Shown: positions 9,370 through 20,795, numbered from the stretch's first letter. The stretch: DNA of 64,000 nt from Bdellovibrionales bacterium (GCA_965199825.1 OZ241329.1:2624001-2688000); one strand, 5' to 3'. Notes: a model not told the origin generated them from the letters alone. A program made the numbers and translations.

Positions 9370-10359
9370 TTAAGTGACGCTCAATAAATGATTGCGCGAA
9401 ATATCTGTGATCACACGACCACGCGGAGTTTTTTGCAACAATCCCTCTTGAATTAAAAACGGCTCATACACTTCCTCAAGTGTATCGGCCTCTTCACTCA
9501 ATGCGGCCGATAAAGTTTCGATCCCCACAGGACCGCCCTGAAACTTTTCATGAATCAATCGCAAAATTTTTCGGTCCATCTCATCAAGGCCGAGTTGATC
9601 CACATCCAATTGATCAAGAGCATAATGGGCTTGTGACTCGGTGATTTTTCCTTCGCCTAAAACCTCGGCATAATCGCGCACACGTTTTAATAAGCGGTTA
9701 GCAATACGAGGCGTGCCGCGCGAACGCCGCGCAATTTCTAAGGCACCGCCCTCATCCATCGCTATGCCTAGCAGAGCAGCCGAGCGACGCAAAATTTGTT
9801 GGAGAGCGGTTTTGTCATAAAACGAAAGGCGCTCGACAATTCCAAATCGATCACGAAATGGACCTTTGAGTAAGCCGGCCCTGGTGGTTGCACCAATTAG
9901 GGTGAAGGGCGAAAGGGTAAATTTCATTGAGCGTGCACCCAAACCCTCACCCGTAATCAGATCGATATAGTAATCTTCCATCGCGCTATAGAGATATTCT
10001 TCCACATCTTTTGAAAGGCGATGGATCTCATCGATAAACAAAATTGTTTTAGGACGCAAACTCGTGAGCAATGCGGCAACATCGCCTTTGCGGTGAAGGG
10101 CGGGGCCCGAAGTTGTCTTAATAGGAACTTCCATCGCGTGGGCAATAATATGAGCAAGTGTGGTCTTTCCTAAACCCGGAGGGCCGCAGAGCAGAGTGTG
10201 ATCAAGCGGTTCATCGCGTTTTTTTGCGGCCAACAAAAAAACTTTTAATTTTTCTTTGACCTTGTCTTGTCCCGGAAATTCATCAAAAGTTTTTGGCCTT
10301 AAGGCTGTATCTAAGGGTTGATCCACAATTTTTTGTTCGGCCGATATTTCGCGTTCCAT
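9370..10359 (-). CDS. ruvB: Holliday junction helicase RuvB
   Basis: [46 protein letters not shown]. Confidence 0.98.
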   Translation of the reverse strand: MEREISAEQKIVDQPLDTALRPKTFDEFPGQDKVKEKLKVFLLAAKKRDEPLDHTLLCGPPGLGKTTLAHIIAHAMEVPIKTTSGPALHRKGDVAALLTSLRPKTILFIDEIHRLSKDVEEYLYSAMEDYYIDLITGEGLGARSMKFTLSPFTLIGATTRAGLLKGPFRDRFGIVERLSFYDKTALQQILRRSAALLGIAMDEGGALEIARRSRGTPRIANRLLKRVRDYAEVLGEGKITESQAHYALDQLDVDQLGLDEMDRKILRLIHEKFQGGPVGIETLSAALSEEADTLEEVYEPFLIQEGLLQKTPRGRVITDISRNHLLSVT

Positions 10360-10932
10360 CTATATCTCCTGAACAAGCAGGGCTAAGCTTTCACGCACAC
10401 CGCGCTCCACATCTGCTTTTGGATCCAAACGATCCACCACTTTTTCGACATCATTCACTTTAAAGCCCAGATGGACGAGGGCCGAAACAATTTCTCTTCG
10501 CGAAGTTGATTTTTCAAGATGAGGTTGATCGGCGAAAACAAGTTTGCCTTTGAGTGTCAGTACAATTTGCTCTGCGGTTTTTTTGCCAATCTTTGGCAAC
10601 ATCGAAAGCCCTTTGACATCACCCGACTCAATCAGATGAATGATTTTTTGCCATGTTGAAGCACTGAGCATATTGAGAGCCGAGCGTGGACCTATGCCGT
10701 TGACTTTTAAAAGACTCAAAAACAAACGCTTTTCGTTGCGCTCAAAAAAACCAAAAAGTTGAAAAATATCCTCGCGCACATGAGTGTGAATATAGAGTTC
10801 CACCGAATCCAGAGCCTGAAGCGCGTCGCGTGTGGCGGTCGAACACAAGACCTCGTATCCCACACCTCCAACATTGATAATTGCCGAGTCATCGTCAAAA
10901 TCGTGAACTTCTCCAATAAGGCGACTAATCAT
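10360..10932 (-). CDS. ruvA: Holliday junction branch migration protein RuvA
   Basis: GGVGYEV, HTHVRED, LFGF, VNGIGPRSAL, IGKKTAEQI. Confidence 0.97.
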   Translation of the reverse strand: MISRLIGEVHDFDDDSAIINVGGVGYEVLCSTATRDALQALDSVELYIHTHVREDIFQLFGFFERNEKRLFLSLLKVNGIGPRSALNMLSASTWQKIIHLIESGDVKGLSMLPKIGKKTAEQIVLTLKGKLVFADQPHLEKSTSRREIVSALVHLGFKVNDVEKVVDRLDPKADVERGVRESLALLVQEI

Positions 10933-11426
10933 AAATCGAAATCTTTCATTTGCAGATCAAGTGTTGAGCGATAACCATGGCACATTGCAAGTGCGAGGGC
11001 ATCTGAGGCATCCACCACCAAAATTGAATTTAAACCAAGAGTCTGCATTACGATATGTTTCACATGTTCTTTTTCGGCGCCACCATGACCGGTGACAACC
11101 TTTTTTACGGTTCGTGCCGCAAATTCGCTCACCTCACACTTATTTTGTGCGGCGATCAGTAAGGCAATAGCGCGCATGTGACCAAGTTTAAAGGCCGAGT
11201 CTGCGTTTTTTCCTAAAAAAATCTTTTCAACCGAAATCACTTGGGGCTGAACCGAATCGACTAGAGTTTGTAGATCGTGATGGAAGCGCTCAAGTTTTTG
11301 GGCCATTGTTTTTATTTTTGAAAAATTAAAGCTTCCATGTTCGACATGAATGGGCCCTTGCGGTTTCCAGTCGATCACTCCGAATCCAGCGATATGACTG
11401 CCGGGATCAATGCCCAAAATTCTCAT
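10929..11426 (-). CDS. ruvC: Holliday junction resolvase RuvC
   Basis: MRILGIDPGS, VEKIF, VKKVVTGHGGAEK, DASDALALA. Confidence 0.96.
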   Translation of the reverse strand: MRILGIDPGSHIAGFGVIDWKPQGPIHVEHGSFNFSKIKTMAQKLERFHHDLQTLVDSVQPQVISVEKIFLGKNADSAFKLGHMRAIALLIAAQNKCEVSEFAARTVKKVVTGHGGAEKEHVKHIVMQTLGLNSILVVDASDALALAMCHGYRSTLDLQMKDFDL

Positions 11427-11463
11427 TTGCCCGTCCTTCACGAAAATGCCAAAATCCACGACT

Positions 11464-12246
11464 ATGTCAGATGTTAATCCGGAATTTGTTGAGCGCTATC
11501 AATTGTTATTGGAACAAGACCCAAAATCTAAAGTTTTTGCGCCCTTGGCCGAAGCCTATCGTAAGTTAGGAATGTATGATGAGGCCATTCAAATCTGTAT
11601 TGCTGGAATACAAAATCATCCTCAATTTGCTGGCGGACGCGTTGCGCTAGCTCGTGTCTTGATGGATAAAAATGATTTTTTATCCGCAAGCGAACATTTA
11701 GAAAAAGCGGTTGAGCTTGGACCCGAAAATATTTTGGCCCAATTGTTATTGGGTGATTGCTTTATAAAACTCAAAAATCCAAAGAAGGCTTTAAAAGCCT
11801 ACAAGATGGTATTGTTCTTAAATCCCCTCAATGAGCGGGCGGCAAAAAGTGTGAAACGTCTCGAAAGTTTAACCGCAGACGAATACGATGATGATGTGTT
11901 TGCAATGAAGCCCCTTCATCGCTCTTTAAATAATGCTGAAGCCTCGTTTCCACTCAAGCCACAATCGGTAGCACCGTTTAAAAATCTTGATCGTTATATT
12001 TCACTGGTGGATGCCTTATTGATTCGCAATGATCTTGATCGAGCTCAAAGCATATTGTATGAGGCCAAAGAAAATCTTGGACCCCATCCCGAAATATTAA
12101 AACGACTCAATCTTCTTTCTGAAAGAACTCCGGATACCCCAACGTCCAATGCCGATCTCAATCGTCAATCTCTGTTGCATGCAAAAAAGGTCGATGTGCT
12201 CGAACGATTGCTAAAACGTGTGCGCCTCAGCCAACAACAACTTTGA
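11464..12246 (+). CDS. Tetratricopeptide repeat protein
   Basis: DPKSKVFAPLAEAYRKLG and subsequent TPR helices; ATG 11464. Confidence 0.85.
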   Translation: MSDVNPEFVERYQLLLEQDPKSKVFAPLAEAYRKLGMYDEAIQICIAGIQNHPQFAGGRVALARVLMDKNDFLSASEHLEKAVELGPENILAQLLLGDCFIKLKNPKKALKAYKMVLFLNPLNERAAKSVKRLESLTADEYDDDVFAMKPLHRSLNNAEASFPLKPQSVAPFKNLDRYISLVDALLIRNDLDRAQSILYEAKENLGPHPEILKRLNLLSERTPDTPTSNADLNRQSLLHAKKVDVLERLLKRVRLSQQQL

Positions 12247-12292
12247 CTTCCTTTTAAAGTGTTGTTTAATGTTTCGGCTGAGGTAAAAACAA

Positions 12293-12859
12293 ATGATAGA
12301 GACGAGCGATTTTAAAAAAGGTGTGAAACTTTTAATCGAAGACCAGCCCTTTACAATTGTGGATTTCCAACACGTCAAACCTGGAAAAGGAAATCAGTTC
12401 ACACGAACAAAAATGAAGAATCTTTTGACCGGTTCAAATCTTGAAAGAACCTTTAAATCGGGCGAAAAATTTGAAGTGCCAGATATTGTTTATAAAGAAA
12501 TGGCTTTTCTTTACAAGGATGAAAATGGTTTTAATTTTATGGATCAAACAAGTTTTGAACAGATGTCCTTGAACCCGACTGTCGTCGGGGACTCCGCAAA
12601 CTATTTGATCGAAAACTTGTCGGTTCAGGTCTGTGTGTTTAATGATCGCGCTGTGGGCATCGAAGTTCCAAAATCTGTGAGCCTCAAGGTGGTTTCCACA
12701 GATCCGGGATTTAAAGGAAATACAGTTTCGGGAACAACAAAACCTGCTACTCTCGAAACGGGCTATATGGTTCAAGTTCCACTTCATATCAGCGAAGGAG
12801 ATGTGCTGAAAATTAATACGGCCGATGGAGCCTACGTCGAGCGCGTCAGCATGAAGTAA
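12293..12859 (+). CDS. efp: Elongation factor P
   Basis: HVKPGKG, TFKSGEK, KPATLETG, VPLHI..G motifs. Confidence 0.98.
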   Translation: MIETSDFKKGVKLLIEDQPFTIVDFQHVKPGKGNQFTRTKMKNLLTGSNLERTFKSGEKFEVPDIVYKEMAFLYKDENGFNFMDQTSFEQMSLNPTVVGDSANYLIENLSVQVCVFNDRAVGIEVPKSVSLKVVSTDPGFKGNTVSGTTKPATLETGYMVQVPLHISEGDVLKINTADGAYVERVSMK

Positions 12860-12861
12860 GC

Positions 12862-13911
12862 GTGAATGAAGCAAGCGTTGAACAGGAAATCTTTGAATAT
12901 TTAAAGAACCAAACTTCGCTTGACCAAGTTGTTCAAAATTTCACCACAAAAATTTTAAATCCCCAAACCTCATTCGGCGAGCGTCAGGCTCGCATACGGT
13001 TTTTGTACAATGCGGGTTTTAACAAAGAAATCTTCGAACTTTATCGTGAAGGTTTTTATAATCAGCTCGAGCTTCCCTATTCCTTTTTGATTGGGACCTT
13101 TGAGCGCGTGGGCCAGCTGCCCGAAACTCCGGCTATCAGACAAATTTACGATCTTGCCCAATCGCAATTTCAGATTGAGGATCTCACCGCTTTAACAAGT
13201 GTTGATGCGGTTGATCCTCGGTTTGCCAAACGCCGGCAAGAGTTTTTTGAAGATCTCTATGAGCGCGCCATTCAAAGAAAATCAGATCTGGTTGAGCGCT
13301 TAGGATTTTTTCGCTCGGAGCGTTTGGTGAACGAAGAGCGAAAGCTTTTAGATGAGCTTAAACGATATTATCCCAATGATCCCTCGATCAAACAAGCCGA
13401 GCAGAACTTTGCCGAGCGTTGGGCGCGCCATGTGGTGGCTCAAGCCAGTACAAAACCGAGCGAAGTTCATGAAACCTTTTTACTTGATGCTGATCTCTGG
13501 CCAATCGCTAATGTGCTGTTCGAGGAGGCTGTTCAAATCACAAAAATACAGCCCGAAAGAATCATGGATTTTACTTTGATGTTTTGGTTTTTAGAGCTCT
13601 ATCCCCAAGCACTAATTATTTTAGAGCAAGGCCCGATGAAGCTTGCGGCTCAGTGGCTCAAAATCGAAATTCTTTTAAAACTGAGGCGCTTTGTTGATGT
13701 TCTTGATGAGATAAAAGTTTTGGAATTGGAGCACGCCGCAAATCCCGAAACTCCTTTTGCTTCGGTTTACTCCAGAGCGCAAGCCCTCTACGGTCTTGGC
13801 CAGCCCTTGCAAGGACTCCAAGCCATGCAAAGCATATTGGCTGTTCGACCCGATTACCGCTCGGCTGCCTCTTTTGTTTTAAAATGGAGCGAAGGGCGCG
13901 GAGATTCGTGA
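12862..13911 (+). CDS. TPR protein, probable Bd2492/SgmX-like polar hub component
   Basis: Helical protein ending in TPR ...ILAVRPDYRSA; lies between efp and tamB-tamA, as I recall for B. bacteriovorus bd2492-bd2495. Confidence 0.65.
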   Translation: MNEASVEQEIFEYLKNQTSLDQVVQNFTTKILNPQTSFGERQARIRFLYNAGFNKEIFELYREGFYNQLELPYSFLIGTFERVGQLPETPAIRQIYDLAQSQFQIEDLTALTSVDAVDPRFAKRRQEFFEDLYERAIQRKSDLVERLGFFRSERLVNEERKLLDELKRYYPNDPSIKQAEQNFAERWARHVVAQASTKPSEVHETFLLDADLWPIANVLFEEAVQITKIQPERIMDFTLMFWFLELYPQALIILEQGPMKLAAQWLKIEILLKLRRFVDVLDEIKVLELEHAANPETPFASVYSRAQALYGLGQPLQGLQAMQSILAVRPDYRSAASFVLKWSEGRGDS

Positions 13912-16900
13912 AAAAAAAGTTGCTTCCATTATTGATTTTTGCCGGCTTTTTTTTCATGGCCGGATTTTTTTGGGATTACCATCGTCCACAAATCAAAAAA
14001 TGGCTGCTGGTCAAACTTGAACAAGAGAGCAGCAAAAATCTTCCCATTCGTTTATGGGCGCAGGATGCTGAGATCACATTTGTTCCCCCACGCATTCAAC
14101 TCAGAAAAATTCGCTATCTTCCTCAAGACGGTGCTTACAAAGAAGTATTAGCTCCTGGCGAAATTGAGGCGGCGGCGATCAATCTGAGTATTGGAGCTTT
14201 ACTCAAAGGTCAGATCCGAATCTCAAAGATTCAAATAGATCATCCGACTTTAAAATTTATTTTTAAAACCTCACCCAAAGAGAATGTGGGCGAAAAAAAG
14301 AGTTTTAAAATTCCATTATCCGAAATCGATCGATTTCCTGTGGATGACTTAACTGTTCAAGATGCTGATATCATCGTTGCGATCAACAATGTGGCCCTTC
14401 ATTCCACCGATTTAGATTTCGAAATTTCTAATCGTTATCGCTCGGTTTTTGTTCAAGCCACAACACCCCATCTTTTTGTTAAAGAACTGGGTAAGCCTGA
14501 TGGCGTGCCCTTTGAGGTTGAAACTCGTTTTTTACTCGAGCCCGATGAGATCAACATCACCGCTTTAAAAATAAAAAAAGCAAAAAGCTTTTTGGTGGGC
14601 GCAGGAATCGTAAAAGGACCTATAGAACAGGGTAAATTTTCGGAAAGTGATGTGAAACTCAGGATCTCTTCGGCTTTGCCTGAGGTCCAAGGTTTTTTAA
14701 ATGTGATTAAGCCCGGCTTAAAAATTCCGGCGCTTCAAGGTAAAGCCAATGCCGATCTCAGTTTTAAGTTAACCCCCACGCATCTCGTTCCCGAAGTGCA
14801 TTATCGCTTATCAACTCAAGACGTTAAGATTGATCAATTCGTGTTGGGCAAGTTGGTTTCTGAGGGTGTGGCCACCACAAAATTTTTGAATGCAGACAAG
14901 ACCTCTATCAAGACCGAAGCCGGCGAATTGCATCTTGAAAAATTAAATTTTGAATTTGGTGATCCAACAAATGTGTCATTCATTTCGAATTTTAAAAAAA
15001 TAGATTTGCATCAGCTTTTAGAAGATCTCAATGTGCACAATGTGCCTCTTAAACTTAATTTTTCGGGTCATGTACCGTGCAAAGGCAGCGTCTATCCTCA
15101 CCTTATGGTTAAATGCCAAGGGCAAATGGAGGGCGAAAATTTTAAATTATTTAATGATAAAAAAGAAAAATCGATGATTGTTGCGGCCAAGAATTTTTCG
15201 GCCACGGGTGAATTTGGAGTGAGTTCCACCGCAGTCGATTATCAAGCCGACATGAAGGCTGGTAAAAACTCGACGGGCAAGTCCAATGGACGAATTGTTT
15301 ATGATCAAGGATTCAATATTAATTATGAGACCGATCATCTTGAAACTTCAGATATTGAAAACTTGGTTGATCTCAAATTTGAAGGTGTAGCCCAAATTAA
15401 GGGTTCCACCGAGGGCGACTCACAAAGTGCGGTTTTAGATCTGAATGGCTTTTTTAAAGATTTTTGGCTTGAGGATTATGAATTCGGAAATCTTCAGACT
15501 CATGTTTCTTATAAAAATGGCATGCTCGGATTTCGTAAAAGTAGCGGTAATCTTCACAATACTCGCTACCAAGGAAACGTGGACTTAAACCTTCGTTCAC
15601 ATTCCATCGCCCTTCAAATGCAAGCTCCTTACGCCGAAGTCGATGATCTCAAAAAAGCGGTGTGGAGAAAATTGCCCATTCCATTTCATTTAAGTGGAAC
15701 AGGGGTACTTGATTTTAAGGGAAGCGGACCCTTAGCGCTCAATCAAATGAGCTACAATTTGAAAAGTTCTTTTTACCGGGGTGACGTGGCCGGCGAAAGT
15801 TATGATGAACTAAAAATAAATCTTTCGGCCACTAACGGCAATGTGCGGTCGGAGACGATGAGTCTTACAAAAAGAGGAAATACCGCAACTTTCAAGGGCA
15901 CCGTCTCTCCCCGCTGGATTATCGACGGCGTGATTGAAGGTCAGAAATTTCAGCTTGAGCAATCCGAAATGGTTGAGCATTTGGGTTTAAGTATCACCGG
16001 GCTGCTTGATTTTCAGATGCAGTTTAAAGGACCAATTCAGCATCCAGATATGGATCTCAACGGAACACTTTTAAAAGTGACCGCTTCAGACCAAGCATTA
16101 GAAAATTCAAAATTTCGAATACATGTTCTTAAAGATCGGGTTGAAAGCACGATTCGACTTTTTGGTTCTACCGTTATTGGGAATCTTACTTATCCGTTAG
16201 AAACAAAAGCTCCATTCGAGCTAGGGTTAAAACTCAACGATTGGGACTTTACTCGTTACTTTTCAATCTTTGCCGAGACCAATCGCCAAAGAGATTTTGA
16301 GACTCACATTACAGGTCTTGTTGATTTAAAATCGGCTCAAGGTGGTTTTTGGCATTCCAACGGCAAAATTGAAATTCAAGATGCACTTTTACGACGCGGA
16401 AATTTATCTTTAAGTAATGAAAAACCTTTGGTCATGGCATTTCAAGATGGGCTGATGCGCACCCAGTTTTTTGAACTGACCGGGGAAAATGCTTATCTCA
16501 AAGTTCAAACGATGTCGTCCAATCGCGAGCAAATCGATCTTCGTCTTAATAGCCATATCGATCTTAATTTACTCAGTTTGCTTACACCCTTTATGGCGGA
16601 CCTACGCGGTAATCTTGATTTGGCATTGAGTGCAAAAGGCCAAATCGATGAGCCCACCCTGCAAGGGACTGCATTTATCGATAAAGGGTTTTTTCGATTT
16701 AAGGAATTTCCGCATTCGTTTGAAGACATCAGGTCTGAACTTGTTTTGGCCAACAAAAAATTAAACATCTCATCGCTCCACGGAAATTTAGGCGGTGGCC
16801 GAATCAATGCAGAGGGTTCGATATTATTTAATTCAATGAGCAATGTGCCAGTAACAAGCTCCGGCCGTTTTGAAAACGTCACCTTGATGGTTCCCGATGG

Positions 16901-17951
16901 ATTTAAAACCCATGGCTCAGGTGACGTAAAACTCGAAGGCACTCGATTTCCTTATACCTTGAGCATCCAGTACGATGTGGATTCGGGAATGATCACAAAA
17001 GAAATTGAGAATGCTTCAACTTTCACTAAGCAAGTTCAACCCAGTTCTTTTTTGCCAAAGTTTTTGGATCGAGAAAACTTTGAGCCTTTTATTTTTGATT
17101 TTAATGTGAATCTCAAAAATCCGGTGCATGCCAAAAACTCTTATGTTGACGCCATGTTCTCGGGCCAAATGAATGTGGTTGGACCACCTTCGAAATTAAA
17201 AATGACCGGTCGCTTGCTCGCACAAAAAAATGGCAAAATCTTTTTTCGCAATACTCCTTTTGAATTATTAACCGGAACCGCAGAATTTCTAAATGATCCT
17301 CCTGACAATCCAAAAATGTATATTCAAGCGCGCTCTCGGGTGACCGAACAAACTCCAGATAACCGTCCGCAGGCTTATGATATTGATCTGATTGCTCAAG
17401 GCCGACCAAAAAATCCGACCGATCTTAAGCTCACCTTGTCGAGTCAGCCGGCACTTCCACAACAACAAATTGTTTCGCTTTTAGCTCTCGGCATGACGAT
17501 GAACACCAACTCAACAATGCAGATTCAGCGCAGTTCAGATACCCAAAATAACTCGCTCGCCACCCAAAGTTCGGTTCAACTGGGGACCGCACTTTTGCAA
17601 AAGCCGATTGGTGATCAAATTAAAAATCGATTGGGCGTGGATATGCAAATTTCATCGGCCTATGCTCAAGCCGAAGCTGGCACGGTACCCAAGGTGACTT
17701 TTAGCAAACAGTGGACGCCTAAATTTATTGGTTCTGCGAGCCGCACGATCGAAAAAAGCCCAACAAATCTTGTAAGACTTGAATACAAAATGAACAAAAA
17801 TGTTTCTGTGATTGGTTCATGGGAAGGTCGAAGCACCGACACCTCACCCGTTAACGCGTCTTCGGCCGGAACTTTGTTGCAACAACCTCAACGCGACCCA
17901 ACGGCGAGTATTCTTGGACTCGATCTTGAGTACAAGTTAGAATTTCGCTGA
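13908..17951 (+). CDS. tamB: TamB/AsmA-like translocation-assembly protein (DUF490-type C-terminus)
   Basis: N-terminal TM anchor, long beta-rich body, LSSQPALPQQQIVSLLALG and C-terminal GLDLEYKLEFR; GTG start overlaps the upstream TGA. Confidence 0.88.
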   Translation: MKKKLLPLLIFAGFFFMAGFFWDYHRPQIKKWLLVKLEQESSKNLPIRLWAQDAEITFVPPRIQLRKIRYLPQDGAYKEVLAPGEIEAAAINLSIGALLKGQIRISKIQIDHPTLKFIFKTSPKENVGEKKSFKIPLSEIDRFPVDDLTVQDADIIVAINNVALHSTDLDFEISNRYRSVFVQATTPHLFVKELGKPDGVPFEVETRFLLEPDEINITALKIKKAKSFLVGAGIVKGPIEQGKFSESDVKLRISSALPEVQGFLNVIKPGLKIPALQGKANADLSFKLTPTHLVPEVHYRLSTQDVKIDQFVLGKLVSEGVATTKFLNADKTSIKTEAGELHLEKLNFEFGDPTNVSFISNFKKIDLHQLLEDLNVHNVPLKLNFSGHVPCKGSVYPHLMVKCQGQMEGENFKLFNDKKEKSMIVAAKNFSATGEFGVSSTAVDYQADMKAGKNSTGKSNGRIVYDQGFNINYETDHLETSDIENLVDLKFEGVAQIKGSTEGDSQSAVLDLNGFFKDFWLEDYEFGNLQTHVSYKNGMLGFRKSSGNLHNTRYQGNVDLNLRSHSIALQMQAPYAEVDDLKKAVWRKLPIPFHLSGTGVLDFKGSGPLALNQMSYNLKSSFYRGDVAGESYDELKINLSATNGNVRSETMSLTKRGNTATFKGTVSPRWIIDGVIEGQKFQLEQSEMVEHLGLSITGLLDFQMQFKGPIQHPDMDLNGTLLKVTASDQALENSKFRIHVLKDRVESTIRLFGSTVIGNLTYPLETKAPFELGLKLNDWDFTRYFSIFAETNRQRDFETHITGLVDLKSAQGGFWHSNGKIEIQDALLRRGNLSLSNEKPLVMAFQDGLMRTQFFELTGENAYLKVQTMSSNREQIDLRLNSHIDLNLLSLLTPFMADLRGNLDLALSAKGQIDEPTLQGTAFIDKGFFRFKEFPHSFEDIRSELVLANKKLNISSLHGNLGGGRINAEGSILFNSMSNVPVTSSGRFENVTLMVPDGFKTHGSGDVKLEGTRFPYTLSIQYDVDSGMITKEIENASTFTKQVQPSSFLPKFLDRENFEPFIFDFNVNLKNPVHAKNSYVDAMFSGQMNVVGPPSKLKMTGRLLAQKNGKIFFRNTPFELLTGTAEFLNDPPDNPKMYIQARSRVTEQTPDNRPQAYDIDLIAQGRPKNPTDLKLTLSSQPALPQQQIVSLLALGMTMNTNSTMQIQRSSDTQNNSLATQSSVQLGTALLQKPIGDQIKNRLGVDMQISSAYAQAEAGTVPKVTFSKQWTPKFIGSASRTIEKSPTNLVRLEYKMNKNVSVIGSWEGRSTDTSPVNASSAGTLLQQPQRDPTASILGLDLEYKLEFR

Positions 17952-20785
17952 TGGTTTTATTGGTTTTGATATTTCAATTTTGTTTTGCACTTCAGACTTC
18001 AGGACTATTTGAGGGCGATAAGATTGATCTGTCCCATTCAAAAACGGCTGAAGACTTCGATGAGATTATTAGAAAATTAATGCTCACGGGGCATTATCAA
18101 AAAGTCTCTGTGGTCACCGCGGCCGAAGGTTTAAAGATTGAAGCCCAACCGATCCACCGCGTGCGCGCGCTCGTTCTTAAAGGAAATAAAAATTTTAGCA
18201 GCCGAGAACTTGTGGCTGTCACCAAAATTAATGTGGGCGACCGCTTTGACCGTGATAAAATCACCCAACAGATTTCACAACTCAAAGCCTTTTACGGTGA
18301 AAATGGATTTTACAATGCGGTTATCGAACTTGAATTTTTAAAACAAACCAATGGCGATTTTATTATACAAGTTTCGATTGACGAGAAAAACCCATGTCAG
18401 ATTCAAGCGATCTTGATTGAATCGCCAAACATTTATTTACAAAAAAAAATAAAAGAAAATCTTAAGCATTATCTTAAAAAACCGCTTTCTGAAAATGCAC
18501 GGGTCTCAATCCAAAATGAGATCAATGAATACCTCACCGAAGAGCATTTTTTGCGCTCTGAACTCAAAGATTTCGAGGTTCAATACAATCCCGAAAAAAC
18601 CAAGGTCACCCTCGTTTACACCATTTCCGATGGGGTCCAGTACGATGTTGTCCCCATCGGGATCGAAAAAATAAGTGCGATCGAATTTTATCAATCCCTC
18701 AACTTAAGCCATATCGAAAGAACAAGCCTTGATCCTTCGGTCACACTCATAGATCGAGTTAAAACTTATTATCTCAGCCGCGGATACGCCAATGTGATGA
18801 TAAAAACCTTGATCGAGGAGCGCTCAAAATTTATCAAGCGCCTTAAGATGATTGTTCGCGAAGGGGGCCTTGTTCGGCTTCAAGCGATCAATGTGGTTGG
18901 CCGCATCTCGCGCTCGCCGTCTTACTATTCCAATTTTATAATCGACGCGAGCTCGCCTCTTTTGCAGCTGGGTTACTACAATCGACAGGATGTCGAAATT
19001 GGTTCAAAAAATCTGATGACCCAACTCAAAAATGAAGGATTTTTAAAAGCGCGACTTCAATCCACCCGCTCCGAATTTTCAAGTGACAAAAAAAGTGCAT
19101 CCGTTGAGGTCAATCTTGATGAAGGCCCTCTTTGTCAGGTGAGACAAGTGAGCTTTGAGGGAATCAAAGCCTTCTCGAATCTTGAGCTGAGCGAAGTGAT
19201 TCCCACCAAAGCCAATCAACCCCTGATCATGGGCGATGTCGAAAAAAGCTTAGACCTCTTAAAAAAATATTATTTTGCTCGTGGTTATCTCGAGATGAAA
19301 ATCTTAAATTCTGACGACAAGCTGATTGATTATAATGATCAAGGAACTCAAGCTAATTTGCATTTTAGAATTTTTGAAGGCCCGCGAATTCGGGTTTCGC
19401 AAATTGTGGTTGAAGGAAATAATTTTACCGACTCTCGTGTGGTGTTGCGAGAAATTGCGATCCATCCCGGTGACATTTTAAAATATGATGATATCGAACT
19501 CTCAACAGTTCGCCTTAATAAATTTGGGATATTTTCGCGTGTCGAGATTCATACCCTTGAAGACAATACAGATTTATCCGACCGCACCCTGATTGTTTCA
19601 GTCACAGAGCGCGAACCCGGAATTTTTCGTTACGGCGCAGGTGTGAACAGTTCGCGTGGGGTTTCGCTTCGCGGTTTTACCGGGCTCAATTATAATAATT
19701 TATTTGGAACAGGCCGTGCTCTCAGCGCCCGCATCGAGGCAAATTATAATCTGACCAATGTGCAGTTTTTGGAAAATAAAATTGCCGCCGGATATTTTGA
19801 GCCATTTTTATTTGGCACCCGAACTCGGGGCCGTATCAATGTGTCTCGCGGACAATATGTTTTTTATTGGGCGCAACATTATGATTTTTCGGGTCAATCG
19901 CAGGATGTAGGATCTTACACAGTTCTCGATACAAATAACCGCATCGATTTTTTACTTGAGCGCGATATTGGTAAACGCATTCGATTGATCTGGACACTTT
20001 TAGGAATCGATTCGCAATTTACCTACGAAAGAAACAATCATCCCATTGCAATCACTCCACAGGTTGTCCAAAGCAACGAGACACGGGTCAACTCCATTGG
20101 ACCCACCATCGACTTTGATTATCGCGACAATCCTTTTTTACCCACCAAAGGACACTATGCCCGGTTTGATGCGGCTTATGCCGATCCGAGTTTTGGGGGT
20201 TCAAAGGAAGTACAATTTATAAAAACCGAAGCCACCTACAGCTACTATAAAACTCTTGGTGCAACCCGCCTTGTTTGGACCAACTCGGTGCGCGGAGGCT
20301 ACGAGACAAGTCTGTTGCGGCAAACCGATAGCAGTGGAAATATTGTGAGTGGGATCCCTGCGTCCTACGCCTTTTTTCTTGGCGGCTTTAACACAATTCG
20401 AGGATTTGATCCGACCAATCCGAATGAAAGAATTCCGGCAAATTATGATGTGCCATTTACTTATCCAAATGAATTGATCATTCATAAAGACAGTTCGTTT
20501 TATCTTTTAAAAACCGAATTGCGGTTTCCAATTGTGGGCGATTTTGGTGGGGTGGTTTTTTACGATGGAGGAAGTGTTCAAGTGACCGGGCACCGTTTTC
20601 GTCATCCCTACCGTCACAGTGTGGGCTTCGGAGTTCGTATCAACACCCCTGTTGGGCCTGCAAGTCTCGATATTGGCTTTAAAATTAATCCGTTAAATGA
20701 GTATATGTATGACAATGCCCAACAGGCTAATTTCTTGTTGAATGAGCCGCCTGTGCGAGTCCATTTTTATATCGGTACATTTTAA
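17951..20785 (+). CDS. tamA: Omp85 family outer-membrane assembly factor with multiple POTRA domains (TamA/BamA-like)
   Basis: POTRA repeats (V..GN..F), DYRDNPFLPTKG, IRGF loop-6 motif, C-terminal beta-signal HFYIGTF. Confidence 0.88.
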   Translation: MVLLVLIFQFCFALQTSGLFEGDKIDLSHSKTAEDFDEIIRKLMLTGHYQKVSVVTAAEGLKIEAQPIHRVRALVLKGNKNFSSRELVAVTKINVGDRFDRDKITQQISQLKAFYGENGFYNAVIELEFLKQTNGDFIIQVSIDEKNPCQIQAILIESPNIYLQKKIKENLKHYLKKPLSENARVSIQNEINEYLTEEHFLRSELKDFEVQYNPEKTKVTLVYTISDGVQYDVVPIGIEKISAIEFYQSLNLSHIERTSLDPSVTLIDRVKTYYLSRGYANVMIKTLIEERSKFIKRLKMIVREGGLVRLQAINVVGRISRSPSYYSNFIIDASSPLLQLGYYNRQDVEIGSKNLMTQLKNEGFLKARLQSTRSEFSSDKKSASVEVNLDEGPLCQVRQVSFEGIKAFSNLELSEVIPTKANQPLIMGDVEKSLDLLKKYYFARGYLEMKILNSDDKLIDYNDQGTQANLHFRIFEGPRIRVSQIVVEGNNFTDSRVVLREIAIHPGDILKYDDIELSTVRLNKFGIFSRVEIHTLEDNTDLSDRTLIVSVTEREPGIFRYGAGVNSSRGVSLRGFTGLNYNNLFGTGRALSARIEANYNLTNVQFLENKIAAGYFEPFLFGTRTRGRINVSRGQYVFYWAQHYDFSGQSQDVGSYTVLDTNNRIDFLLERDIGKRIRLIWTLLGIDSQFTYERNNHPIAITPQVVQSNETRVNSIGPTIDFDYRDNPFLPTKGHYARFDAAYADPSFGGSKEVQFIKTEATYSYYKTLGATRLVWTNSVRGGYETSLLRQTDSSGNIVSGIPASYAFFLGGFNTIRGFDPTNPNERIPANYDVPFTYPNELIIHKDSSFYLLKTELRFPIVGDFGGVVFYDGGSVQVTGHRFRHPYRHSVGFGVRINTPVGPASLDIGFKINPLNEYMYDNAQQANFLLNEPPVRVHFYIGTF

Positions 20786-20795
20786 GGGAGGGTTT

